Source: Candidatus Phoenicimicrobium oleiphilum
GTDB lineage: Bacteria; Atribacterota; Phoenicimicrobiia; Phoenicimicrobiales; Phoenicimicrobiaceae
Length of the DNA: 21,499 nucleotides
Assembly: GCA_039638295.1 (NCBI GenBank)
Contig: JBDIWJ010000034.1
Span: 1-21,499, forward strand
Direction: 5' to 3'
Below, in pieces: positions 9,905 through 17,314 of this stretch (within the stretch, counting starts at the first letter, position 1; the number at the start of each line of letters is the position of its first letter). The notes under the pieces were generated by a model. That model had not been told where the DNA came from and did no database searches. It saw only the letters and a program-made list of their open reading frames with translations. A program made the position numbers and the translations under genes.

Positions 9905-10331
9905 TTTAAGACCAGCTCCAAAGTCAGTTAAAAAATCTAAAAGAGTAGGTAGAGGTTGTAGTTCGGGCCATGGTTTTACTTCCTGCAGAGGATCAAAAGG
10001 ACAAAATTCTCGCTCAGGTGGCGGAGTTAGACCGGGTTTTGAAGGAGGCCAAATGCCTTTATATAGAAGAATCCCGAAAAGAGGTTTTACTAATATATTT
10101 AAGAAAAATATTAACATTGTAAATCTCGAAAAATTAAATGTTTTTAAAGATGGAGATATTGTCACTCCGCAAAAGTTAATCGAGGAAGGAATTATTAAAA
10201 AAGTAGGTGATGGAGTAAAAATATTAGCTAAAGGTAAACTTAGTAAAAAATTAACTATCAGAGCCAATAGATTTAGTCAAAAAGCAATAGAAGAGATAAA
10301 ATTAGCTGGTGGGAAGATTGAGGTGATATAA
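9891..10331 (+). CDS. rplO: 50S ribosomal protein L15 (uL15)
   Basis: [27 protein letters not shown] motifs; overlaps rpsE by 14 nt. Confidence 0.98.
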   Translation: MKLDNLRPAPKSVKKSKRVGRGCSSGHGFTSCRGSKGQNSRSGGGVRPGFEGGQMPLYRRIPKRGFTNIFKKNINIVNLEKLNVFKDGDIVTPQKLIEEGIIKKVGDGVKILAKGKLSKKLTIRANRFSQKAIEEIKLAGGKIEVI

Positions 10332-11600
10332 TTGTTAGAAACCGTACGCAATTTATTTAAGATTCCTGACTTAAAGAAGAGACTAATTTTTACTGCTAGT
10401 ATGATAATTGTGGTTAGGTTGGGTAGTCATTTGCCCTTACCAGGTATAGATAAAGAAGCAATGGCTAATCTATTTACTCAAGGTGGAATATTAGGTTTTT
10501 TTGATCTATTCGCTGGAGGAGCATTAAGTCGTTTTTCTATTTTTGCTTTAGGAATAATGCCCTATATTAATGCATCCATTATTATGAGTCTTTTGCAATC
10601 TGTAGTTCCCATTTTGGAACAATGGTCTAAAGAGGGAGAAGAGGGTAGAAATAAAATTACCAAAATAACCCGTTACTTTACTGTTGTTTTAGCTGTTGTT
10701 CAAGCTTTTGGGATAAGCTTTTGGCTACAAAATATGGGGGTATTAATGATTACGGGTTTAAGTTATAGATTTTTATTGGTAATTACTCTCACTGCTGGAA
10801 CTTGTTTTTTAATGTGGTTAGGTGAACAAATTACTGACTTCGGTATTGGTAATGGTATATCTATAATAATTTTTGTTGGAATTATTGCTCGAATTCCAAC
10901 TCAAATTATTAAAACTATTAAACTTGTGAGTATTGGGGAAATTGGTCTAGTTGCTTTATTAGGATTACTTGCGATATTTGTATTGGTTATTGGAGGAGTT
11001 GTGGCTATCCAACAAGGACAGAGAAGAATACCAGTCCAATATGCCAAAAGAGTAATAGGTCGGAGAATGTATGGGGGGCAAGGAACCCATATTCCTTTGC
11101 GGGTAAACCAGGCTGGTGTTATTCCCATAATATTTGCTTCAGCAATATTACTTTTTCCAGCTACTATAGCACAATTTTTTCAAAATATAACTTTTATGAA
11201 AAGTTTATCTGAAGCTCTTTCGCCTGGGAAACCACTTTATTTAACTTTATATGCTATTTTAATAATAATATTTACTTTCTTTTATTCAGCAATTACTTTT
11301 AACCCCGCTAATTTAGCGGATAATATGAAAAAGTACGGAGGTTTTGTTCCTGGGATAAGACCAGGGAAAAACACAGCTAATTATATTGATCATATAATGA
11401 CCCGAATAACTTTAAGTGGAGCATTGTTTTTAGCAGTAATTGCAATTATCCCCAACATTTTAATAAAAGTTACAGGGATTACTACTTTTTATTTTGGTGG
11501 AACCTCTATATTAATTATGGTAGGGGTTGCTTTAGAAACTGTTCAGCAGATTGAATCACACCTGTTAATGAGGCATTATGAAGGATTTATTAAAAAGTAA
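10332..11600 (+). CDS. secY: Preprotein translocase subunit SecY
   Basis: SIFALGIMPYINASII, WLGEQIT..GIGNG, AGVIPIIFAS, PGIRPG, FGGTSILI motifs; TTG start. Confidence 0.99.
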   Translation: MLETVRNLFKIPDLKKRLIFTASMIIVVRLGSHLPLPGIDKEAMANLFTQGGILGFFDLFAGGALSRFSIFALGIMPYINASIIMSLLQSVVPILEQWSKEGEEGRNKITKITRYFTVVLAVVQAFGISFWLQNMGVLMITGLSYRFLLVITLTAGTCFLMWLGEQITDFGIGNGISIIIFVGIIARIPTQIIKTIKLVSIGEIGLVALLGLLAIFVLVIGGVVAIQQGQRRIPVQYAKRVIGRRMYGGQGTHIPLRVNQAGVIPIIFASAILLFPATIAQFFQNITFMKSLSEALSPGKPLYLTLYAILIIIFTFFYSAITFNPANLADNMKKYGGFVPGIRPGKNTANYIDHIMTRITLSGALFLAVIAIIPNILIKVTGITTFYFGGTSILIMVGVALETVQQIESHLLMRHYEGFIKK

Positions 11601-11604
11601 TTTT

Positions 11605-11790
11605 AGAGCATCGGAATTTTAAAAAATTCCGATGCTCTTACAGGGATACTTTTACCCGTTTTCGCGGGCATAAGTTTTAAAAACAGTATATTCTAGCAAG
11701 ATTGTCAGGGAATGTTTTATATAACACCGAAATAGAGTAAAAAAAGAAGAAGAGGGGTTTCAGGGGAGTTTACTCCCCTGACAATATTGT
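11605..11790 (+). repeat. Intergenic repeat family A, copy 4 (secY-adk)
   Basis: 16-bp perfect inverted repeat 11605-11620/11623-11638; CAAGATTGTCAGGG (11697-11710)/CCCTGACAATATTG (11776-11789); CAGGGGAGT-TT-ACTCCCCTG (11761-11780). Confidence 0.93.
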
Positions 11791-11844
11791 AATAATAAGG
11801 GTAATTTAAAAGAAGAAATTTGACATAGTAAGAAGGGAAATAAT

Positions 11845-12498
11845 ATGAGATTAATCTTATTAGGCCCTCCTGGTGGGGGGAAGGGAACAGTAGCTAAGAA
11901 GTTACAGGAAGAATTTAAATTACCAGTTATTTCAACAGGAGTAATATTGAGAGAGGAAGTTAATAAAAAAACTAAATTGGGTCAGAAGGTAAAGGAAATT
12001 ATGGGTAAAGGAGACTTGGTGCCTGATAATATTATTTTAGAAATAATAAAAGAAAGAATAAAACAAAAAGATTGTGAAAATGGTTATATTTTTGATGGCT
12101 TTCCTCGAAATGTAGAACAAGCAAAATCTCTGGAAAAACTAAATAAAGAACTTAACAAACATATTAACTATGTGTTTTATTTTGAAATACCTTTTAATCA
12201 GATAATTGATAGGCTAACTAGTCGTAGAGTATGTAAAAAATGTGGCACAAACTATAATTTATCATTTAATCCCCCGCAAAAGGAGAATGTTTGTGATCTT
12301 TGTGGTGGAGAATTATATCAAAGGGAAGATGATAAAGAAGAAACGATAAAAAATAGATTGCAAGTGTTCATCAAACAGACGTCACCGCTAAAAAAATATT
12401 ATCAGGAAAAAAATTTATTAACTATAGTGAATGCTAATACAAGTAGAAGTGCCTTTTTAGAAATTAAAAATATTTTAAAGGAAGAGTTGCAGAAATAG
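11845..12498 (+). CDS. adk: Adenylate kinase (zinc-lid type)
   Basis: GPPGGGKGT P-loop, DGFPRN, lid CKKC...CDLC, QREDD. Confidence 0.97.
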   Translation: MRLILLGPPGGGKGTVAKKLQEEFKLPVISTGVILREEVNKKTKLGQKVKEIMGKGDLVPDNIILEIIKERIKQKDCENGYIFDGFPRNVEQAKSLEKLNKELNKHINYVFYFEIPFNQIIDRLTSRRVCKKCGTNYNLSFNPPQKENVCDLCGGELYQREDDKEETIKNRLQVFIKQTSPLKKYYQEKNLLTIVNANTSRSAFLEIKNILKEELQK

Positions 12499-12502
12499 AT
12501 AG

Positions 12503-13264
12503 GTGGTTATTATAAGGTCTCCTGAAGAAATTAAATATATCAGAGATAGTTGTAAAATAGCAGCAAATGCCCTAAAAAGGGTACAAGAAAATGTAAGTGT
12601 GGGAATTACTACTTTAGAACTCGATAAAATTGCTGAAGATTTTATAATAAAACAGGGAGCAAAACCCGCATTTAAGGGTTACGGGACAGATGACAATAAA
12701 TTTAAATATTCTATCTGTGTTTCAATAAACGAAGAAGTAGTTCATGGCATACCTGGCAAGAGAAGATTAAGAGAAGGAGATATTATAAGTATAGATATTG
12801 GAACAAATTTAAGAGGTTACTTTGGTGATACTGCTGCAACAGTACCTGTAGGAAAGGTAGACTCAAAAGTTCAGAAACTACTAACAGTCACCAAAGAATC
12901 GCTATTTAAAGGGATTAAAAAGGCAAAACCTGGAAATAGATTGGGAGATATTTCTTATGCCATTCAGGAATCTGTAGAGAAAAATAATTTTTCAGTAGTA
13001 AGAGAATATGTGGGACATGGAATAGGTTCTAATCTCCACGAAGATCCACAGATACCTAATTATGGTATTCCCCATACAGGTATAATGTTGGAGGCGGGAA
13101 TGGTATTAGCAATTGAACCTATGGTAAATATGGGTGACTATAAAACAAGAATTTGCGATAATGGTTGGACAGTGGTGACCGAAGATAAAAGCTGGTCAGC
13201 ACACTTTGAACATACAATAGTTATTACTAAAAATGGTAATGAAATATTAACTATTCCTTCTTAA
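12503..13264 (+). CDS. map: Methionine aminopeptidase type I
   Basis: SINEEVVHGIP, GHGIG..LHEDP, AIEPMVN, SAHFEHT motifs; GTG start. Confidence 0.98.
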   Translation: MVIIRSPEEIKYIRDSCKIAANALKRVQENVSVGITTLELDKIAEDFIIKQGAKPAFKGYGTDDNKFKYSICVSINEEVVHGIPGKRRLREGDIISIDIGTNLRGYFGDTAATVPVGKVDSKVQKLLTVTKESLFKGIKKAKPGNRLGDISYAIQESVEKNNFSVVREYVGHGIGSNLHEDPQIPNYGIPHTGIMLEAGMVLAIEPMVNMGDYKTRICDNGWTVVTEDKSWSAHFEHTIVITKNGNEILTIPS

Positions 13265-13307
13265 ATGATTAGATTTTAATGATAAGATATTTTTGTTTTT
13301 TATCAGA

Positions 13308-13520
13308 GGAATTTTAAGGAAATTCCAATGTTAAAAGGTAAATTCTTTTTTAAAGGAATAGATTTTAATAAGATTGCCTGTTCCTTGTTCCCCGTTTTCA
13401 CGAGGACGAGTTTCACGAGGATAAGTTTCACAAGTGCATGCTTGCTCGATTAAAAGGACAGGCCTGAGATGGAAATAAAAGGAATTTCCAGGGAAAACTC
13501 TTTCCCCTGAACTATCTTAT
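13308..13520 (+). repeat. Intergenic repeat family A, copy 5 (divergent, centre replaced by nested mini-hairpins; map-infA)
   Basis: GGAATTT/AAATTCC hairpin, AGGAATAGATTTTAATAAGATTG matching copy 1, and 3' CAGGGAAAA-CTC-TTTCCCCTG plus ATCTTAT. Confidence 0.75.
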
Positions 13521-13535
13521 ATGGAGGAAGCATTA

Positions 13536-13751
13536 ATGGTGAAAGAAAAGTATATAGAAATGCAAGGAAAAGTTATCCAAGCCTTACCTAACGCTACTTT
13601 TCGAGTTGAATTAGAAAATGGCTGTGAAATATTAGCTCATATTTCTGGCAAGATTAGAATGCATTTTATCAGGATTTTACCGGGAGATAGAGTAAAGGTT
13701 GAAATATCACCTTATGATTTAACTCAGGGTAGAATCGTATATAGAATGTAA
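13536..13751 (+). CDS. infA: Translation initiation factor IF-1
   Basis: [42 protein letters not shown] 13536 after GGAGG (ORF track start 13521). Confidence 0.98.
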   Translation: MVKEKYIEMQGKVIQALPNATFRVELENGCEILAHISGKIRMHFIRILPGDRVKVEISPYDLTQGRIVYRM

Positions 13752-13757
13752 TAAGCT

Positions 13758-13928
13758 AGTATCTTGTATCTCGTGAATCGTACCTCGTAAGAAATAAGGG
13801 CGTATTGCAATACGCCCCTGTATTAGAGATTAAAGCTATCTTTCTAAAAAATTAGAAATTTTAAAAATCTTGAGTATTTTCTGACGAGATACAATATACG
13901 AGATACGAACAACGAAATACGACATACT
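13758..13928. repeat. Heptamer-armed palindromic element (infA-rpmJ)
   Basis: 13765-13794 vs 13878-13907 are 24/30 reverse complements of GTATCTC/GAGATAC units. Confidence 0.85.
13798..13817. repeat. Perfect 20-bp GC-rich palindrome, REP-like
   Basis: GGGCGTATTG|CAATACGCCC read directly. Confidence 0.8.
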
Positions 13929-13949
13929 ATTTATGAAGGAGATAAATAA

Positions 13950-14066
13950 ATGAAAGTAAGATCATCTATTAAAAAAATATGTATGAAATGTAAAATAATA
14001 AAGAGAAAAGGTAAATTGAGAGTAATTTGTGATAATCCAAAACATAAACAAAGGCAGGGAAAATAA
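13950..14066 (+). CDS. rpmJ: 50S ribosomal protein L36 (bL36), zinc-binding type; not in the ORF track
   Basis: Manual translation [38 protein letters not shown] (38 aa); AAGGAG RBS; between infA and rpsM. Confidence 0.98.
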   Translation: MKVRSSIKKICMKCKIIKRKGKLRVICDNPKHKQRQGK

Positions 14067-14090
14067 TTTTAAGGGAGGAAATATAAAAAT

Positions 14091-14468
14091 ATGGCAAGAA
14101 TAGCTGGAGTAGACTTACCTAAAAATAAAAGAATAGAAATTGGTTTAACTTATATTTATGGGATAGGTCTTACAAGTGCACAGTCAATATTAAAAGAGGC
14201 GGGAGTTAATGCGGATACTCGGGTGAAAGACTTAACCGAAGATGAGATAAATAGAATAAAAGAAATTATCGATAAAAAATTTAAAGTAGAAGGAGAACTT
14301 CGTAGTGATATTACTTCCTCAATAAAGAGGCTTATGGATATAGGTTCGTATAGAGGGCTAAGACATCGGAGAGGATTACCAGTTAGGGGTCAGAGAACTA
14401 AGACTAATGCAAGAACCAGGAAAGGGCCCAAGAAGACAGTAGGAGCAAAAAGAAAAAAGACTAAATAA
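14091..14468 (+). CDS. rpsM: 30S ribosomal protein S13 (uS13)
   Basis: [36 protein letters not shown]. Confidence 0.99.
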   Translation: MARIAGVDLPKNKRIEIGLTYIYGIGLTSAQSILKEAGVNADTRVKDLTEDEINRIKEIIDKKFKVEGELRSDITSSIKRLMDIGSYRGLRHRRGLPVRGQRTKTNARTRKGPKKTVGAKRKKTK

Positions 14469-14496
14469 TTCTAAAAAGTAAGGAAGGGGAATTTAA

Positions 14497-14892
14497 TTGG
14501 CAAATAAAAAAAAGGTAAAAAAAACCAAGAAAAAGGTCAAAAAAAATATAGCAACAGGAATTGTCCATATCCAATCAACTTTTAACAATACCATAGTTTC
14601 GATTACAGATAAGCAGGGCAATGTAATTGCATGGTCAAGTGCAGGAAATATTGGTTATAAAGGGAGCAAAAAGAGCACGTCGTTTGCTGCTCAAATTACT
14701 GCTGAAACAGCAGCTAAAAAAGCAATGGATCAAGGGATGAAAGAAGTAGATGTTTTAGTAAAAGGACCTGGTCCCGGGAGAGAAACCGCAATTAGATCTT
14801 TGCAAACAGTTGGATTAAAGGTAAATATGATTAAAGATGTTACTCCTATTCCACATAATGGTTGTAGACCACCAAAACAGAGGAGAATATAA
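14497..14892 (+). CDS. rpsK: 30S ribosomal protein S11 (uS11)
   Basis: [37 protein letters not shown] start. Confidence 0.99.
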   Translation: MANKKKVKKTKKKVKKNIATGIVHIQSTFNNTIVSITDKQGNVIAWSSAGNIGYKGSKKSTSFAAQITAETAAKKAMDQGMKEVDVLVKGPGPGRETAIRSLQTVGLKVNMIKDVTPIPHNGCRPPKQRRI

Positions 14893-14910
14893 ATTAAGTC
14901 GTTAGTTAAT

Positions 14911-14937
14911 CTTGTTCCCTGCTTTCGCAGGAGCAGG
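14911..14937 (+). repeat. TTTC-loop mini-hairpin (family D)
   Basis: CTTGTTCCCTGC-TTTC-GCAGGAGCAGG; related to 13384-13410, 3438-3462 and 11649-11674. Confidence 0.7.
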
Positions 14938-14995
14938 CTCTGTGGAAACGGAGGAGTGAATAGTTATTAGTTTCAAATGTAAAGCGCAAGATAAA

Positions 14996-15082
14996 TTAGT
15001 TTACCGGTTAATTGGTTAAAAAATTATTAGTATAAACTAGTTAACTACCTAACCAGAGAATTAATTAACCAATTTAAACTAA
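14996..15082. repeat. TAGTT/AACTA microrepeat-armed imperfect palindrome
   Basis: TTAGTTTA..GGTTAATT (14996-15013) vs AATTAACC..TAAACTAA (15063-15082). Confidence 0.6.
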
Positions 15083-15128
15083 GATTTTCTAGTACAAAAT
15101 TTTAAGAAAATGAGGAGGTTTAATATAT

Positions 15129-15761
15129 ATGGCAAGATATACTGGAGCAGTGTGCAAATTATGCCGTAGAGAGGAGACGAAGCTTTTTTTAAAAGGGAAT
15201 AGATGTTATTCTAATAAATGTTCAATAGAAAGAGGAGCTTCATTGCCAGGTAAAAATGTAAAAACAGCAAGAATAAAAAAACTTTCAACTTATGGTATAA
15301 GATTAAGAGAAAAACAGAAATTGAGAAAGTATTATGGATTATTGGAAAGACAATTTAAAAATTATTTTCAAAAAGCTGAAAGAAAAAAAGGTATTACTGG
15401 TGAAAATTTATTAGAATTGTTAGAGAGAAGATTAGATAATATGGTGTATCGTTTTGGAATAACTAAGTCAAGAGCTCAGGCAAGACAATTAATTTTACAT
15501 TCACACATATTAGTTAACGGGAAAAAAGTAAATATTCCTTCTTATCAGGTGAATGTTAATGATATTATAGAAATTAAAGAGAAGAGCAAGAATATTGAGG
15601 AGTTTAAAGAAATCAAAGAGGGGAAAATAGAGATTAATGTTCCTTCTTGGTTAGAATTTGATACCGAGAAACTTAAAGGTAAAATTTTAAGATTTCCTTC
15701 TAAGGAAGAATTAAATTTACCGATTGAGGAAAAATTGGTAGTTGAATATTATTCCCGTTAA
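15129..15761 (+). CDS. rpsD: 30S ribosomal protein S4 (uS4), zinc-finger type
   Basis: MARYTGAVCKLCRRE..C....C, LREKQK, LLERRLDN, VVEYYSR. Confidence 0.99.
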   Translation: MARYTGAVCKLCRREETKLFLKGNRCYSNKCSIERGASLPGKNVKTARIKKLSTYGIRLREKQKLRKYYGLLERQFKNYFQKAERKKGITGENLLELLERRLDNMVYRFGITKSRAQARQLILHSHILVNGKKVNIPSYQVNVNDIIEIKEKSKNIEEFKEIKEGKIEINVPSWLEFDTEKLKGKILRFPSKEELNLPIEEKLVVEYYSR

Positions 15762-15803
15762 AATATTTTGGGTTTCTATACCTAAAGAAGGAGAGTATTA
15801 AGA

Positions 15804-16769
15804 GTGATGGATGTTAATAATATAAAAATTAAAGTCGAAGAATTATCTGACAGTTATGGTAGATTTATTATTGAACCGTTAGAAAAGGGATATGGTGTGA
15901 CCTTAGGTAACTCTCTTAGAAGAGTACTATTATCTTCTATGCCAGGTGCAGCAGCGACTGCAATTAGGATTGAAGGAATTACTCATGAATATACTACTAT
16001 TCCAGGAGTAAAGGAAGATATCATTGAAATAATTTTAAATATTAAAGAATTAGTAGTTAAAATTTATTCTGATGAACCTCAAATTTTAAAACTAAATGTA
16101 AAAGGCAAAAGAAAGGTGACTGCAGCAGATATAGTTCCTAATATCAATGTGGAAATACTTAATCCAGATTTAACAATTGCCACGTTAAATGAAGATGCTA
16201 AATTGAATATGGAGATATTTGTGGAAAAGGGAATGGGTTATTTAACAGCTGAAAAGAACAAGAAACCCAATCAACCAGTAGATACTATTTTTATAGATTC
16301 ATTTTTTTCACCTATTAAAAAAGTAAGTTATAATGTAGAAAGTTCTGGCTTGAGTCAATTTTCAAACTCTGATAAATTAATATTAGAAATATTTACTAAC
16401 AAAAGTATTTTGCCTGACGAAGCCTTAAGTAAATCAGCAAATATACTAATTAAATATTTAAAAATATTTACAAAATTTTCTCCTGTAGATATTGAATCAA
16501 CCGAGGAATTTATATCAGAAGAAGGAAAAGAAAAAAGTGAAAAGGAAAAAATTTTAAATAAAACTATAGAGGAATTGGATTTTTCAGTTCGTTCGTATAA
16601 CTGTTTAAAAAAATCAGGTATAAATACTCTAAGAGATTTAATTAATTATACTCCAGAAGAGGTTATAAAAATAAAAAATTTAGGCAAAAAATCTTTGAAT
16701 GAAATAAATGAGAAATTAAGTAAATTTGGATTTATCTTAGGGGAAAAAAAGCAGCAGGAGGATTGTTAG
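15804..16769 (+). CDS. rpoA: DNA-directed RNA polymerase subunit alpha
   Basis: EPLEKGYGVTLGNSLRRVLLSS, HEY..IPGVKED, CTD SVRSYNCLK..NLGKKS; GTG 15804 (or ATG 15807). Confidence 0.98.
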   Translation: MMDVNNIKIKVEELSDSYGRFIIEPLEKGYGVTLGNSLRRVLLSSMPGAAATAIRIEGITHEYTTIPGVKEDIIEIILNIKELVVKIYSDEPQILKLNVKGKRKVTAADIVPNINVEILNPDLTIATLNEDAKLNMEIFVEKGMGYLTAEKNKKPNQPVDTIFIDSFFSPIKKVSYNVESSGLSQFSNSDKLILEIFTNKSILPDEALSKSANILIKYLKIFTKFSPVDIESTEEFISEEGKEKSEKEKILNKTIEELDFSVRSYNCLKKSGINTLRDLINYTPEEVIKIKNLGKKSLNEINEKLSKFGFILGEKKQQEDC

Positions 16770-16770
16770 A

Positions 16771-17124
16771 ATGAGACATAAAAAACTAAAAGGAAAATTA
16801 GGTCGAAATAGTAGTCATAGAAGTTCATTGTTAGCTAATTTATCTATTTCACTTATTAATCATAAAAAAATTGAAACTACTTATGCTAAAGCTAAGGAAG
16901 TTCGAAGATATATAGAAAAATTAATAACCATAGCAAAGAATAATAATTTGCAAGCTCAGAGAGAAGTTCAAAAGACAATAAAAAATAAGCAAGCTTCTAA
17001 GATATTATTTGAAGAGATTAGCCCTAAGTTTTTGGAGAGGAGCGGGGGTTATACTAGAGTTGTAAAGATAGGGTTTCGCAAGGGGGATTCCGCACCTTTA
17101 GCAATAATTGAATTTGTAGAATAG
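16771..17124 (+). CDS. rplQ: 50S ribosomal protein L17 (bL17)
   Basis: MRHK...KLGR, IETTYAKAKE, RSGGYTRV, RKGDSAP. Confidence 0.98.
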   Translation: MRHKKLKGKLGRNSSHRSSLLANLSISLINHKKIETTYAKAKEVRRYIEKLITIAKNNNLQAQREVQKTIKNKQASKILFEEISPKFLERSGGYTRVVKIGFRKGDSAPLAIIEFVE

Positions 17125-17176
17125 TAAAATATAAAATGGCAGTATAGTAGTATAGATATAAATAAAGAATTATAAG

Positions 17177-17240
17177 CAAAAGGTTAAAAAGTTAGTTATC
17201 AAATTTAATGTAAAACTTTTTAACCTTTTGATTTTTAATA
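17177..17240 (+). terminator. Candidate intrinsic terminator or processing hairpin after rplQ
   Basis: Perfect 17-bp inverted repeat 17177-17193/17214-17230 with a 20-nt loop, followed by ATTTTT; AT-rich stem and large loop are atypical. Confidence 0.4.
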
Positions 17241-17314
17241 ATTTAGTTAGCTGGTTACTTTAGTCGTTAGTTCTAGATACAAGTTTTCAGTTAGCGGCAT
17301 ATAACTAAAAATTT

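Noticed and set aside
3487..11789. Family A as a CRISPR array
   Set aside because: Copies are separated by kilobases of genes rather than 30-40 nt spacers, and no cas genes are present.
13396..13440. 15-nt tandem units as a mini-CRISPR
   Set aside because: Units are contiguous with no unique spacers and are too short.
13..13535. N-terminal extensions of rpsJ (13), rplC (630), rpsH (7420), rplF (8087), rplR (8742) and infA (13521)
   Set aside because: Downstream starts fit the SD positions and the known N-termini better; the rplF extension runs through repeat DNA.
13265..13535. KOW/L14e-like small gene often found between map and infA in Firmicutes
   Set aside because: No suitable ORF; the spacer is explained by repeat families A and D.
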